A stretch of 64,000 bases of DNA from Candidatus Marinacidobacterales bacterium (lineage in GTDB: Bacteria; Acidobacteriota; Vicinamibacteria; Marinacidobacterales; SMYC01): assembly GCA_965224085.1 (NCBI GenBank), contig CBDCYI010000004.1, positions 1,216,001-1,280,000 on the forward strand. The letters run 5' to 3'. The translations under genes and the position numbers were made by a program. Every line of letters starts with the position of its first letter. Position 1 is the stretch's first letter. This document shows positions 37,161 to 48,503 of the stretch, piece by piece. The notes beneath the pieces were generated by a model, which did no database searches, was not told where the DNA came from, and worked only from the letters and a program-made list of their open reading frames with translations.

Positions 37161-39212
37161 ATGTCAGCTTTCTTGAAGGCCCTTGCAAGCTTCGCCGTGT
37201 TCGTGACTCTGTGCCTCGCGACGGTCGCGGACGCTCGAGCCGCGAAACGACACCTGACGCTCGCGGACTACTTGAACTTCGAGCGCGTCGCGGACCCCCA
37301 AGTATCCGCCGACGGAAACCGCATTCTCTACACCCGCCGCTGGGTGGACAACGTTAACGACCGATGGAGCTCCGCGATTTGGATCATGGATGCAGACGGC
37401 GGCCGCAACCGTTTCCTCGTCGAGGGGCAATCGCCCATCTGGTCGCCCGACGGGACTCGCATCGCTTTCATCCGAGAAGGCGAGCCCAAAGGCCCGCAGA
37501 TTTTCGTCCGGTGGATGGACGCGGAAGGCGCGGTGACGCAAATTACCCGGCTCGATAGAACTCCGCGGCACATCGCCTGGTCTCCGGACAGCGCGTCGCT
37601 TGCTTTCGTGAGTCTCGTTCCCAAAGAAACTCCATGGAAGATCGATCTTCCGAAACCTGGCGATGGAGGCAAATGGACCGAGACGCCGCGGATCATTCAG
37701 AGCCTCGACTACCGCCAGGATCGCATCGGATTTACCGAGGAAGGCTATTTCCATGTCTTCGTCGTTCCCGCGAGCGGGGGGACGGCGCGCTCTCTCACGA
37801 GCGGCGACTACAATCACGGCAGCAACCGCCAACCCATCTCATGGACGCCCGATGGTAGCGAGATCTTGTTCTCCAGCTTGCGTGAGCCCGAGTGGGAATA
37901 TGCGTGGCGCGAGTCTGAGATCTATGCGGTGAACACTTTGGACAAGTCGATACGGAAGCTCACCGATCGCAAGGGTCCGGACCAGAACCCCGTCGTTTCT
38001 CCGGACGGCAAGCTCGTCGCTTATACCGGCAACGACTGGACCAACGACACCTACATCGCCTCCAAGCTCTACGTCATGGGGATCGACGGATCGAGCCCGA
38101 CGGAAATCGCCACCGACCTCGATCGCTCGCCCCGCGGGGTCACGTGGTCGGCGGATAGCTCGGGTGTGTTCTTCAACGTTCGCGATCGTGGAACGTCCAA
38201 CCTCTATTTCGCTTCGCGGGACGACGGGGTTCGTGCCGCGACCGAGGGCACGCATATGCTCGACGTCACCCATGTCGGAGGAAACGGGCGCGCCGTGGGG
38301 ACGCTCACGAGCTTCCATCAGCCGGGCGATATCGCTCTTGTCGATCTCGAAAGCGGGTCCATCGAGCAGCTGACTTTCGTGAATGACGACGTTCTCGCCG
38401 ACATCGAGCTCGGAAGCGTCGATGAGATCTGGTACGATTCCCTCGACGACTATCGCATCCAGGGCTGGGTCGTGACGCCCCCCGATTACGATCCGGCGCG
38501 CAAGTACCCGATGATGCTCGCCATTCACGGTGGACCGCACGGGATGTACCACACCGGGTTCAACTTCGGCTGGCAGGAGCATGCGGCGAACGGCTACGTC
38601 GTGCTCTACACGAATCCTCGCGGCTCCTCCGGGTACGGGAGCGCTTTCGGCAACGCCATCAAAAACGCCTACCCGAGCAAGGATTTCGACGATCTCATGA
38701 AAGGCGTCGATGAAGTGCTCGCGAAGGGCTTCGTCGACGATCGGAACCTGTTCGTCTATGGCTGCAGTGGGGGCGGTGTTCTCACCGCCTGGGTCGTGGG
38801 ACACACGGACCGCTTTGCTGCGGCCTCGTCGAACTGCCCGGTGACGAATTGGCTGTCTTTCGTCGGCACGACGGACGGCCCGAACTGGTATCGAAATTTC
38901 GCGAAAATGTTCTGGGAGGATCCGAGCGAGCACCTCGAGCGCTCGCCGCTGATGTATGTCGGAAACGTAACGACGCCCACCATGCTCATGACGGGCGTCA
39001 AAGACCTTCGCACGCCCATCACTCAGACAGAGGAGTACTATCAGGCGCTCAAGATGCGGAAAGTGCCGACAGCGATGGTGCGCTTCAACGAAGAGTTCCA
39101 CGGGACGTCGTCCAAGCCTTCGAACTTCATGCGGACCCAGCTCTACTTGCGTCATTGGTTCGAGAAACACGGAAGCATGGGCGAGACGAGACCGCCAACG
39201 GAGAACCCTTGA
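37161..39212 (+). CDS. Secreted S9 family (acylaminoacyl/dipeptidyl) peptidase
   Basis: GAGGAGG RBS; signal peptide; WSPDG propeller repeats; IHGGP, NPRGSSGYG, GCSGGG nucleophile, DLRTP, EFHG. Confidence 0.92.
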   Translation: MSAFLKALASFAVFVTLCLATVADARAAKRHLTLADYLNFERVADPQVSADGNRILYTRRWVDNVNDRWSSAIWIMDADGGRNRFLVEGQSPIWSPDGTRIAFIREGEPKGPQIFVRWMDAEGAVTQITRLDRTPRHIAWSPDSASLAFVSLVPKETPWKIDLPKPGDGGKWTETPRIIQSLDYRQDRIGFTEEGYFHVFVVPASGGTARSLTSGDYNHGSNRQPISWTPDGSEILFSSLREPEWEYAWRESEIYAVNTLDKSIRKLTDRKGPDQNPVVSPDGKLVAYTGNDWTNDTYIASKLYVMGIDGSSPTEIATDLDRSPRGVTWSADSSGVFFNVRDRGTSNLYFASRDDGVRAATEGTHMLDVTHVGGNGRAVGTLTSFHQPGDIALVDLESGSIEQLTFVNDDVLADIELGSVDEIWYDSLDDYRIQGWVVTPPDYDPARKYPMMLAIHGGPHGMYHTGFNFGWQEHAANGYVVLYTNPRGSSGYGSAFGNAIKNAYPSKDFDDLMKGVDEVLAKGFVDDRNLFVYGCSGGGVLTAWVVGHTDRFAAASSNCPVTNWLSFVGTTDGPNWYRNFAKMFWEDPSEHLERSPLMYVGNVTTPTMLMTGVKDLRTPITQTEEYYQALKMRKVPTAMVRFNEEFHGTSSKPSNFMRTQLYLRHWFEKHGSMGETRPPTENP

Positions 39213-39241
39213 GCCTTGAGCCTTGAGCCTTGAGCCTTGAG
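39207..39241 (+). repeat. Heptamer tandem repeat (CCTTGAG)5
   Basis: Five perfect units spanning the S9 stop codon, between convergent genes. Confidence 0.95.
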
Positions 39242-39285
39242 GATGTTCAAAGGCGTCACGGAGCGCGGCGTTAGCCGCTGACTTT

Positions 39286-40311
39286 TCAGCGGGCCGACTG
39301 ATTCGCGAGCTGGCCGCAGGCAGCTAGGACATCGTCTCCGCGGCTCCGGCGCAAGCTCACCGTCAGCCCGGCATCGATGAGGATGTCGTTGAAGCGCTCC
39401 GTCGCCTGGCGCGAGGAGCCTTTGTGCGGCGCGCCCGGCCAAGGGTTGTACGTGATCAAGTTCACTTTGGCCTTCACGCCTTCGAGAAGCTTGGCCAACC
39501 TCTTGGCATCTTCCACATGATCGTTCTCACCACCGAGAAGCACATATTCGAACGTGATGCGGCGGCGCTTCGGGAGTGGCAAGTTTCGGGCGGCGGTAAT
39601 GAGCGTCTCGAGTGCATGCTTTTTGTTGATCGGCATGATGCGGTCGCGAGCGTTATTTGTCGTCGCGTGCAAGCTGATAGCGAGTCCCACCGTCGGGGCT
39701 TTTTCGGCAAAGCGCTCGAGCTCGTCGACGACTCCCGCGGTCGAGACCGTGATACGGCGCGGCGAGACCGCGAAAGCATCGTCATCCATGAAAATTTCGA
39801 GCGAAGCCAAAACGCCTTCGGCGTTCAAAAGCGGCTCCCCCATCCCCATGAAGACGATGTTGCTCCGAGCCGGCAACTCGGGTAGCGCGCGCCGCGCAAG
39901 AAGAAACTGCCCGAGGATCTCGCCCGGCTCGAGATTGCGCTCGAAGCGGATCGTGCCGGAAAAGCAGAACGTGCATTTGAGAGGACAGCCGACCTGCGTC
40001 GACAAACAAAACGTATGGCGATCACCGTCCGGGATGTAGACGGTCTCGACTCGCCGGCCGTCGTGAAGCGCGAGCTGGAACTTAATCGTGCCGTCACTCG
40101 AGACGTGCCGGCTCGCAATCTCGGGACGGCGGATCGCGTGCTCGCGGGCGAGGCTCTCGCGAAAACCTCGCGCCAAATCCGTCATTTCGTCGAACGTGTC
40201 GACACCGCGCGCGTAGATCGAGCGATAGATCTGACGGCCCCGAAACGCAGGGAGTCCCGCTGAAGTGGCCACTTCCTCGAGCGCTGCGCGCGACAGTCCG
40301 AACAAGTTCAT
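39286..40311 (-). CDS. rlmN: 23S rRNA/tRNA m2A methyltransferase RlmN
   Basis: STQVGCPLKCTFC radical-SAM motif, VFMGMGEP, ISLHA, TFEYVL, AACGQL. Confidence 0.93.
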   Translation of the reverse strand: MNLFGLSRAALEEVATSAGLPAFRGRQIYRSIYARGVDTFDEMTDLARGFRESLAREHAIRRPEIASRHVSSDGTIKFQLALHDGRRVETVYIPDGDRHTFCLSTQVGCPLKCTFCFSGTIRFERNLEPGEILGQFLLARRALPELPARSNIVFMGMGEPLLNAEGVLASLEIFMDDDAFAVSPRRITVSTAGVVDELERFAEKAPTVGLAISLHATTNNARDRIMPINKKHALETLITAARNLPLPKRRRITFEYVLLGGENDHVEDAKRLAKLLEGVKAKVNLITYNPWPGAPHKGSSRQATERFNDILIDAGLTVSLRRSRGDDVLAACGQLANQSAR

Positions 40312-40382
40312 CGCAGATATACTAGAGCCAAAACACCGTTTTTGCCCCCCCGAGGCGGGTGTGATAGATTTCACCTTCTCCG

Positions 40383-41639
40383 ATGTTCCGAAAACACGTT
40401 TTGGACAACGGACTTACCATTCTCACCGAACGCATGCCACATGTGCGCTCGGTGGCGCTTGGAGTCTGGCTGAGGCGGGGCAGCCGCCACGAAAAGGCTT
40501 CCGAGAGCGGCCTTGCGCACTTCATCGAGCACATGGTGTTCAAAGGAACCGAGCGGCGGAGCCAAGCCCAAATCGCGCAGGAGCTCGACGAGATTGGCGG
40601 CCAGTCCGACGCGTTTACCTCCCAGGAATATGCGGGCTTTCACGCCAAAGTGCTCGGCGAGCACGTGCCCCGCGCCATCGACTTGCTCTCGGACATCGTG
40701 CTCGCGCCTAGCTTCGACGCGGAAGAGCTCGAGCGTGAGCGGATGGTGATCTTCGAAGAAATCAAGAGCGTCGAGGACGCGCCGGAAGATCGCGTGCACG
40801 ACTTGTTCGTCGAGTTTTTCTGGCCGAACCACCCGTTGGGCCGTCCGATCCTCGGCACACCCGAGACTGTGGGAAGCTTCGAGCGCGACGATCTGGTGCG
40901 CTTTTTTCGCAAGAATTACGCGCCGAGCAACATCATCGTCGCGGCCGCGGGCGATGTCGAGCACGACGCTCTTTTGGAGCTCACCTCGTCTCACTTCGCG
41001 TCTTTGAACACCCCTCCGGACGGCGCCATCGAGAGCCCGCCGACGGTGCGTCCGACGATCCGCCTGCAGCCAAAAGACCTAGAACAAACGCATCTGGTCC
41101 TCGGGACGGTAGCGCCCCCACACGCCTCGCCCGACCGCTACGTCACCTATGTCTTGAACGCGATACTCGGCGGCGATTTGAGCTCGCGTCTTTTCCAAGT
41201 CATTCGCGAAGAGCGCGGCCTCGCCTATTCCGTGTACTCGGGCTTGAACTGCTTCCGCGACGCCGGCCAGTTCTCGATCTACGCCGGAACCGATCCGAAA
41301 CACGTCGCCGAAGTCGTCAACCTCACGCTCGAAGAGATCCGTCGCATCAAGTCCGAAGCCGTCACCGCCGCCGAGCTCGATCGTGCAAAGAGCCACATGC
41401 GCGGCAGTATTTTGATGAGCCTCGAGTCGACGAGCTCGCGCATGTCGCAGATCGCCCGCCTAGAAATGACCGAGGGCCGTCACGTGACGCCCGAAGAGAC
41501 CATCGCGAGCCTCGAGGTAGTAAGCTCGGAAGACGTTCTCCGCCTCGCGACAGAAATATTCGACGGGCGCTCGCTCGCCATGACCGTGCTCGGAAGGCTC
41601 GAGCACTTCGATCCAGTACCGGAGAGCTTGGTTGCCTGA
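40383..41639 (+). CDS. M16B family zinc peptidase
   Basis: GLAHFIEHMVFKGT (HxxEH), HPLGRPILGT, SSRLFQVIREERGLAY. Confidence 0.92.
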   Translation: MFRKHVLDNGLTILTERMPHVRSVALGVWLRRGSRHEKASESGLAHFIEHMVFKGTERRSQAQIAQELDEIGGQSDAFTSQEYAGFHAKVLGEHVPRAIDLLSDIVLAPSFDAEELERERMVIFEEIKSVEDAPEDRVHDLFVEFFWPNHPLGRPILGTPETVGSFERDDLVRFFRKNYAPSNIIVAAAGDVEHDALLELTSSHFASLNTPPDGAIESPPTVRPTIRLQPKDLEQTHLVLGTVAPPHASPDRYVTYVLNAILGGDLSSRLFQVIREERGLAYSVYSGLNCFRDAGQFSIYAGTDPKHVAEVVNLTLEEIRRIKSEAVTAAELDRAKSHMRGSILMSLESTSSRMSQIARLEMTEGRHVTPEETIASLEVVSSEDVLRLATEIFDGRSLAMTVLGRLEHFDPVPESLVA

Positions 41640-42465
41640 GCTCCATATTTCCGTCCTCGGCAGCGGCAGCTCCGGCAACGTCACCTTCGTCTCCGATGGA
41701 TCGGCCCGGCTCCTCCTCGATGCCGGCCTCGCCTGCCGCGAGATCGAAAGACGCCTGAGGACCCTCGGCGTCGCCCCCCGCCACATCGACGGCGTTCTCA
41801 TCTCGCACGAGCACAGTGACCACGCGCGCGGCGCCTGGCGCTTTTGCGCAAAACACAACGCTACTCTCTATGCGACAGAAGGGACCTATCGGTGCCTCAA
41901 ACCGCTTCCGGACAAAGCGGTGGACTGGGTGCGCATCCGCTCCGGCTCGAGCAAGAAGCTCGGGCGGATGATTGTAGACTTCTTTCCGACGCCTCACGAC
42001 GCCGCAGACCCAATCGGATTCCGCATCCGGCGCGGGCGCCTCTCGTTCGGACACGTCACCGATATCGGCCACATTTCCGAGGCCGTGGTCGATGGGCTCC
42101 GCGGATGCTCGGCTATCCTCATCGAAGCGAACCACGACGTCGAGATGTTGCGCGAGAGCGACTATCCCGCATCGCTGCGCAGTCGCGTCGGGAGCCGCTT
42201 CGGACATCTTTCGAACGACGCGCTCGCGCGCTATCTCGAAGGCCGGCTACCAAACGCCGTGCGACACTTGTTCCTCGCGCACCTCTCGAAGCAGAACAAC
42301 CACGAGAAGATCGCTTTAGACTGCTGCATCGAAGCGCTCGCGCGCCGGGGCGGCCGCAAACCCAAAGTCCATCTCACCTTCGCCGACCGGCCGACGCCGC
42401 TACTTCGGTTGACGCAAAGCCGTGAGCTCTTCGAAGATGCCAAACAAGGGGTCCTAGCGTTCTAA
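41632..42465 (+). CDS. MBL-fold metallohydrolase (YycJ/WalJ-like)
   Basis: LGSGSSGN, SHEHSDH, TPHDA, EANHD, GHLSND, LAHLS. Confidence 0.88.
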   Translation: MPELHISVLGSGSSGNVTFVSDGSARLLLDAGLACREIERRLRTLGVAPRHIDGVLISHEHSDHARGAWRFCAKHNATLYATEGTYRCLKPLPDKAVDWVRIRSGSSKKLGRMIVDFFPTPHDAADPIGFRIRRGRLSFGHVTDIGHISEAVVDGLRGCSAILIEANHDVEMLRESDYPASLRSRVGSRFGHLSNDALARYLEGRLPNAVRHLFLAHLSKQNNHEKIALDCCIEALARRGGRKPKVHLTFADRPTPLLRLTQSRELFEDAKQGVLAF

Positions 42466-42467
42466 AT

Positions 42468-43763
42468 ATGCTAACCGATCGTTACGTCCACCCAGAGATG
42501 GGCCGCATTTGGAGCGAAGACGCCAAGTTCGACTCTTGGATGGAAGTTGAAGTCGCAGCCGCCGAAGTCATGGCGGAAGCAGGCATCGTCCCCAAAGAGG
42601 CCGCGATCGAGATCCGGCAAAAAGCCGCCTATTCGATCGAGCGCATCGACGCGATCGAAAAAGAAGTGAAGCACGACGTCATTGCCTTCACCCAAGCGCT
42701 CGCCGAGAACGTAGGCGAGGCGGGCCGCTTCATCCATTTCGGCCTGACGAGCTACGACGTCGTGGACACGGCCCTCGGCATCCGACTTCGGGATGCAACG
42801 GATTTGATCATTCAGAATATTGACAAGCTTCTAGGCGTGCTCGAGGCCCGCGCTCGGGACCACAAGCGCACGATCATGGTCGGCCGTACCCACGGCGTCC
42901 ACGCGGAGCCCATGACCTTCGGGATGAAGCTCGCGCTCTGGTACGCCGAGATGAAGCGGAACCACACGCGCCTTTCCGCCGCCCGGGACGCGGTGGCAGT
43001 CGGGAAGCTCTCGGGCGCTGTCGGCACCTTTGCCCACTTGCCTCCCGAAATTGAAGAACGACTCTGTGAGAAGCTAGGCCTCTCCCCGGCGCCCATCTCG
43101 ACTCAAGTGCTGCAGCGCGACCGCCACGCGGAAGCGCTCTCGGCACTCGCCATCCTCGCGAGCACCCTGGACAAGATAGCAGTCGAGGTTCGCAGCCTGC
43201 AGCGAACGGAGATCCGCGAAGTCGAAGAGTTCTTCTCTGAAAAGCAAAAAGGGTCCTCGGCGATGCCGCACAAGAGGAATCCGGTCGCGAGCGAGCAAAT
43301 CTCCGGCCTCGCGCGGGTCGTGCGCGGCAACTTGCAAACCGCGCTCGAGAACGTCCCGCTCTGGAACGAGCGCGACATCTCGCACTCCTCCGCGGAGCGA
43401 ATGATCCTGCCATCGAGCTACATCCTGACGGACCACATCCTGAGGCGCGCGACCACGGTGCTCGATAACTTGATCGTCTATCCTGAGAAGATGCGGGAGA
43501 ACCTCGACTCGATGAAAGGCCTCGTCTTCAGCGGACAAGTGCTGCTCCTGATCACAAAAAAAGGCCTCGCGCGCGAGGACGCCTTTCGCCTCGTGCAGAG
43601 AAACGCGATGGACGTCTGGCAAAACAAAGGCACGTTGCGGGAGCTTCTCGGCGCGGACGAAGACGTCGCGAAGTGGCTATCGGACGAAGAGCTCGACCAG
43701 GCCTTCGATTTGGAGAAACAGATGGAGCACGTCGACGCGATTTACAAGCGGGTGTTCGGATGA
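42468..43763 (+). CDS. purB: Adenylosuccinate lyase
   Basis: KHDVIAF, GRTHGVHAEP, GSSAMPHKRNP, ERDISHSS. Confidence 0.95.
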   Translation: MLTDRYVHPEMGRIWSEDAKFDSWMEVEVAAAEVMAEAGIVPKEAAIEIRQKAAYSIERIDAIEKEVKHDVIAFTQALAENVGEAGRFIHFGLTSYDVVDTALGIRLRDATDLIIQNIDKLLGVLEARARDHKRTIMVGRTHGVHAEPMTFGMKLALWYAEMKRNHTRLSAARDAVAVGKLSGAVGTFAHLPPEIEERLCEKLGLSPAPISTQVLQRDRHAEALSALAILASTLDKIAVEVRSLQRTEIREVEEFFSEKQKGSSAMPHKRNPVASEQISGLARVVRGNLQTALENVPLWNERDISHSSAERMILPSSYILTDHILRRATTVLDNLIVYPEKMRENLDSMKGLVFSGQVLLLITKKGLAREDAFRLVQRNAMDVWQNKGTLRELLGADEDVAKWLSDEELDQAFDLEKQMEHVDAIYKRVFG

Positions 43764-44011
43764 CGCGCATGAAAGCGAACGTCGTCGTCAAGCTCAAGAG
43801 CGCTGTCCACGACCCGCAAGGCGAGACCATTCGCCACGCGCTCGAGCAGCTCGAGCTCGGCCAGATCGAGAGCGTCCGCCAGGGAAAGTTCTTCGAGCTC
43901 ACCGTCGACGCGTCGTCGAAAGAAGAGGCCGAAAAAATAGTGACAGAGATCGCTCTGCGCGTCTTGTCCAATCCAGTTCTGGAAGTCTTCCGAGTGGAGG
44001 TCGAGGACTAA
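43760..44011 (+). CDS. purS: FGAM synthase subunit PurS
   Basis: VHDPQGE, VRQGKFFEL, LSNPVLE; ATGA overlap with purB. Confidence 0.9.
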   Translation: MTRMKANVVVKLKSAVHDPQGETIRHALEQLELGQIESVRQGKFFELTVDASSKEEAEKIVTEIALRVLSNPVLEVFRVEVED

Positions 44012-44012
44012 C

Positions 44013-44714
44013 TTGCCCCGCTTCGCTGTCTGCGTATTCCCCGGATCCAACTGCGAAGAAGACGTTCAATACGCCCTTCAGAACGTTCTCGGCGAACCTA
44101 CCGATCTCATCTGGCACAAAGACACATCCCTGGTTGGCTACGACGCCGCGATCCTCCCGGGCGGCTTCGCGCACGGCGACTATCTTCGCCCCGGCGCCGT
44201 AGCGCGCTTCTCGCCAATCATGACCGCCGTCCATAAAATGGCGGACGAGGGCAAACCTGTCGTCGGAATCTGTAACGGCTTTCAAATGCTGCAAGAGGCG
44301 GGACTCTTGCCTGGCGCCATGCTCCGAAATCAAACACTGACCTACATCTGCCGCTATCTCCATTTGCGCGCCGAGCAGCTGGACTCGCCGCTCACATTGG
44401 GTCTGAGCGAAGGCGAGCTCCTGCGCATCCCCATAGGCCACGCCGACGGCAACTACTACGCGGACGACGAAACCCTAGAAACACTCGAGCGCTGCGACCA
44501 AGTCGTCTTTCGCTACGTCAACGCGCAAGGAGCGCGCGACGACGGCGCAAATCCGAACGGCGCCGCCAACGCCATCGCCGGCGTGCGAAACGAACGCGGA
44601 AACGTCCTAGGCCTAATGCCCCACCCCGACCGCTGCTACGACAAAGCACTAGGCACCGAAGACGGCCGCAAACTCTTCGAATCCCTGGTAACCTGGACGA
44701 AGGAGCAGAGTTGA
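44013..44714 (+). CDS. purQ: FGAM synthase glutaminase subunit PurQ
   Basis: [34 protein letters not shown]. Confidence 0.93.
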   Translation: MPRFAVCVFPGSNCEEDVQYALQNVLGEPTDLIWHKDTSLVGYDAAILPGGFAHGDYLRPGAVARFSPIMTAVHKMADEGKPVVGICNGFQMLQEAGLLPGAMLRNQTLTYICRYLHLRAEQLDSPLTLGLSEGELLRIPIGHADGNYYADDETLETLERCDQVVFRYVNAQGARDDGANPNGAANAIAGVRNERGNVLGLMPHPDRCYDKALGTEDGRKLFESLVTWTKEQS

Positions 44715-46912
44715 TCGCCGAAATTCTGGAGGCGCATAACCTCACGCGCGACGAGTACGACAGAATCGTCCAGAAGCTCGGGCGCGAGCCCAACGAGAAC
44801 GAAATCGGCCTCTTCTCCGCCATGTGGTCCGAGCATTGCAGCTACAAGAGCTCGCGTGTCCACTTGAAGCGGCTTCCTACTCGCGGGCCGCGCGTTCTAC
44901 AAGGCCCAGGAGAGAACGCGGGGGTCGTCGATATTGGCCACGGCCTCGCGGCGGTCTTCAAAGTCGAATCGCACAACCACCCGTCATTTATCGAGCCCTT
45001 TCAAGGCGCTGCGACGGGTGTTGGTGGCATCATCCGCGACATCTTTACGATGGGCGCCCGTCCTGTCGCGCTCATGAACTCGCTCCGCTTCGGGCCACTA
45101 GCCGTCCCTAAGAACCGCTCGCTGCTCTCCGGCTGCGTCGCGGGGATCGCGAGCTACGGCAATAGTATGGGCATCCCGACGGTCGGCGGCGAAGTCGTCT
45201 TCGAGGATTGCTACAACTTGAACGCGCTCGTCAACGCCTTCTGTCTCGGCATCGCATCCAAAGACCGCATCTTTCTCGCGAAAGCCGAAGGCGAAGGCAA
45301 CCCTGTCTTCTACGTCGGCGCCAAGACGGGAAAAGACGGCATCCACGGCGCCACGATGGCCTCAGCGGAGTTCGACGAAGCCGCTCCCGAGAAGCGTCCC
45401 ACCGTTCAAGTCGGCGACCCTTTTCTCGAAAAGCTTCTGCTCGAAGCGTGCCTCGAGCTCATGGCGACCGACGCATTGGTCGCCATCCAGGATATGGGCG
45501 CCGCAGGGCTCACCTGCTCGACCGCCGAGATGGGCGCCCGCGGGGGCCTCGGAATAGAGATCGAGCTGAACCGCGTCCCGCAGCGCGAGGCCGGCATGAC
45601 GCCTTACGAGATCCTGCTCTCGGAATCGCAAGAGCGCATGCTCCTCGTCGCCAAAGCGGGGCGGGAAGCGGAAGTCGAAGCCATTTTCGAGAAATGGGAC
45701 CTCGACGCCGCCGCGATCGGCAAGGTCACGGGCGATGGCTTGCTCCGCGTGCTCGCGGCCGGAAAGACCGTCGCGGAAGTGCCGAACCGAGCACTCGTCG
45801 ATGAAGGTCCCGTCTATGAGCGGCCCATGAAGCGCCCGGTCTATCTCGACGCGATCAAAGCCGTCGACCTTCCCGAGCCGACGGATCTCGAAGAGACCTT
45901 CGTCCGCATGCTCGGAAGCCACACGATCGCGAGCAAGCACTCGATCTTCGAGCAATATGACCACATGGTGCGGAGCAACACGATCGTGATGCCGGGAGGC
46001 GATGCGGGTGTTATCCGCATCAAAGGCACGCCGATGGCGCTCGCGATGTGTCTCGACGGCAACGGCCGCTACACCTATCTCGATCCTTACTTAGGTGGTG
46101 CGGCCGCAGTCGCGGAAGCGTGCCGCAATATCGCCGCAGTCGGCGCGACGCCCGTCGGCGCGACCAATTGCCTCAACTTCGGTAATCCCGAGAAGCCCGA
46201 GATCATGTGGCAGTTCGCCCGGGCCGTGGACGGTATCCGGGATGCTTGCGAGCGCTTCGACGTGCCGATAACCGGCGGCAATGTCAGCTTCTACAACGAG
46301 ACCGAAGGCGAAGGCATCTACCCGACACCCGTCGTCGGTGTTGTCGGGCTTCTCGAAGACGCTAGCCAACGCGTAACGCATCATTTTGAAGCGGGCGGTG
46401 ACATTATTTACTTGATGGGCGACACCAACGAAGAGCTCGGGGCGAGCGAATACTTGAAGCTCGTACACGGGCGAAACGACGGAAGCCCGCCACGGCTCGA
46501 TCTCGACACGGAAGCCGCGCTTCAGAAGTTTACGCTTGATGCGGCTTCGCGCGGGCTTTTGCACTCGGCACACGATTTGAGCGATGGCGGGCTAGGCGTC
46601 GCGATCGCGGAAAGCCTCTTTGGCCCACTCGGGGAGACGATGGGAGCGTCCATCGCTCTCGAGACCCCGCGGCGCGCGGATGGCGTGTTGTTTTCCGAGA
46701 CGCAAAGCCGGATACTCACGAGTGTCCCCCCTGCCTCGGCGGACGCCTTGCTCGCCCTCGCCGAGTTGCACGGTGTACTCGTCAAGCGCATCGGCATGAC
46801 GGGGGGCGACGCGCTCGAGATACGCGTGAACGGCGCGTCCGCCATCTCGAACAAGGTCGACGACTTACGCGACGTCTGGTGGAACGCGATCGAAAAGGGG
46901 CTCGCCTCATGA
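44711..46912 (+). CDS. purL: FGAM synthase subunit PurL
   Basis: [51 protein letters not shown]. Confidence 0.95.
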   Translation: MIAEILEAHNLTRDEYDRIVQKLGREPNENEIGLFSAMWSEHCSYKSSRVHLKRLPTRGPRVLQGPGENAGVVDIGHGLAAVFKVESHNHPSFIEPFQGAATGVGGIIRDIFTMGARPVALMNSLRFGPLAVPKNRSLLSGCVAGIASYGNSMGIPTVGGEVVFEDCYNLNALVNAFCLGIASKDRIFLAKAEGEGNPVFYVGAKTGKDGIHGATMASAEFDEAAPEKRPTVQVGDPFLEKLLLEACLELMATDALVAIQDMGAAGLTCSTAEMGARGGLGIEIELNRVPQREAGMTPYEILLSESQERMLLVAKAGREAEVEAIFEKWDLDAAAIGKVTGDGLLRVLAAGKTVAEVPNRALVDEGPVYERPMKRPVYLDAIKAVDLPEPTDLEETFVRMLGSHTIASKHSIFEQYDHMVRSNTIVMPGGDAGVIRIKGTPMALAMCLDGNGRYTYLDPYLGGAAAVAEACRNIAAVGATPVGATNCLNFGNPEKPEIMWQFARAVDGIRDACERFDVPITGGNVSFYNETEGEGIYPTPVVGVVGLLEDASQRVTHHFEAGGDIIYLMGDTNEELGASEYLKLVHGRNDGSPPRLDLDTEAALQKFTLDAASRGLLHSAHDLSDGGLGVAIAESLFGPLGETMGASIALETPRRADGVLFSETQSRILTSVPPASADALLALAELHGVLVKRIGMTGGDALEIRVNGASAISNKVDDLRDVWWNAIEKGLAS

Positions 46913-48321
46913 GAACGATGAGTGGTTTCAAAGACGAATGCGCCATTTTCGGGATCTTCGGCCACCCCGACGCCGCACGCGTCACCTATCTCGGCCTCTA
47001 TGCGATGCAGCACCGCGGCCAGGAAGCCGCCGGCATCGTGAGCTCGAGCCCGACCGGCTTTAAAAGCCGCAAACGCCGAGGCTACGTCGCCGACATCTTC
47101 GACGAAGCCTCGCTCGAGAAGCTCGAAGGCACGAGCGCCATCGGACATGCCCGCTACTCGACGTCCGGCGAGAACAACGATTCCAATACACAGCCCATCT
47201 ACATCGAGTGCAAGTTCGGCGAGATCGCCGTCTGCCACAACGGAAATCTCGTCAACGCCCATCTTCTCAGACACGAGCTCGTCGAGCACGGCTCGATCTT
47301 CCGCACGACGAGTGACACCGAAGTCATCCTCCACCTCTACGCCAAATCGATGCAGCGCAATCGTGAGGATGCCATCTTCGACGCGGTTCGCACCGTGTCG
47401 GGCGCTTTCTCGCTGCTGTTCCAAACGCCCGACGCCATCGTCGGCGTACGCGACGCGAGAGGGTTTCGTCCGCTCGTCCTCGGCAAGCTCGGCGAAAGCT
47501 ACGTGCTGTGCTCGGAGACTTGCGCCCTCGACCTCATCGACGCCGAATATGTTCGGGACGTTGCGCCCGGCGAGATGGTCATGATCGACAAAAGCGGCGT
47601 GAGATCTCTCCGACCCTTCAGCGAAGTGCAGCCATCGCAGTGCATCTTCGAGCACGTTTACTTCGCCCGCCCCGACAGTTATGTGTTCGGCCGAGACGTC
47701 CACGCGACGCGTCTCGCGATGGGCCGGCAACTCGCACGCGAAACCCCCGTCGACGCCGACGTGGTGGTGCCCGTTCCCGATTCAGGCGTGGTAGCCGCCG
47801 TCGGCTATTCGCAAGAATCCGGCCTCCCCATGGAGTTTGGCCTCATCCGCAATCACTATGTCGGCCGAACGTTCATCGAGCCCCGTCAATCCATCCGCCA
47901 TTTCGGTGTGAAGGTCAAGCTGAACCCGGTGCGCTCCGTCATCGAAGGCCGCCGCATCATTCTCATCGACGACTCCATCGTGCGCGGCACGACGAGCCGC
48001 AAAATCGTAGGCATGGTAAGAAAAGCCGGCGCCGCCGAGGTGCACTTCCGGGTCTCGTCCCCGCCGACGACGGGCCCCTGCCACTACGGCATCGACACGC
48101 CGAAGCGCGAAGAGCTCATCGCCTCGACCCACAGCATCGAGGAGATCAAGGAATACATCGACGCCAACAGCGTCGGCTACCTCTCGCATGATGGCCTGCT
48201 GGGAGCGGTCGCCGAGGACCGCGACCGCTACTGCTCGGCGTGCTTCTCCGGCAACTACCCGATCGAGCTGCCCACCCAAGGCCGCGACCAGCTCAAGCTT
48301 TTCCAAAAAGTCCGCGATTAA
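46909..48321 (+). CDS. purF: Amidophosphoribosyltransferase
   Basis: Propeptide + [49 protein letters not shown]. Confidence 0.95.
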   Translation: MRTMSGFKDECAIFGIFGHPDAARVTYLGLYAMQHRGQEAAGIVSSSPTGFKSRKRRGYVADIFDEASLEKLEGTSAIGHARYSTSGENNDSNTQPIYIECKFGEIAVCHNGNLVNAHLLRHELVEHGSIFRTTSDTEVILHLYAKSMQRNREDAIFDAVRTVSGAFSLLFQTPDAIVGVRDARGFRPLVLGKLGESYVLCSETCALDLIDAEYVRDVAPGEMVMIDKSGVRSLRPFSEVQPSQCIFEHVYFARPDSYVFGRDVHATRLAMGRQLARETPVDADVVVPVPDSGVVAAVGYSQESGLPMEFGLIRNHYVGRTFIEPRQSIRHFGVKVKLNPVRSVIEGRRIILIDDSIVRGTTSRKIVGMVRKAGAAEVHFRVSSPPTTGPCHYGIDTPKREELIASTHSIEEIKEYIDANSVGYLSHDGLLGAVAEDRDRYCSACFSGNYPIELPTQGRDQLKLFQKVRD

Positions 48322-48422
48322 GGACCCTCCCGCTTGCGTGAGAGCACGGCGGACGATCCGACGCCGCCGAATATCTCGCCCTCCATGGAATCGGCTCGCA
48401 TAAAATGCGTGTGGACTTCGTC

Positions 48423-48503
48423 ATGACCTTACTCTCGGACGTGCGCCACGCGTGGCGTAGCATGCGACGCACGCGCAAGGCCTGCAGGTTCTCCGAACGC
48501 TGA
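48423..48503 (+). pseudogene. N-terminal remnant of an ABC (ADOP/MacB-like) permease
   Basis: Reads MTLLSDVRHAWRSMRRT, matching the ..DLRYAWRSLRR.. start of such permeases, then stops. Confidence 0.45.

Noticed and set aside
6250-39170. Long antisense ORFs (e.g. 6250-7581, 9034-10905, 18405-20012, 23429-24919, 37839-39170)
   Set aside because: Shadow frames of well-supported genes in GC-rich DNA, with no motifs of their own.
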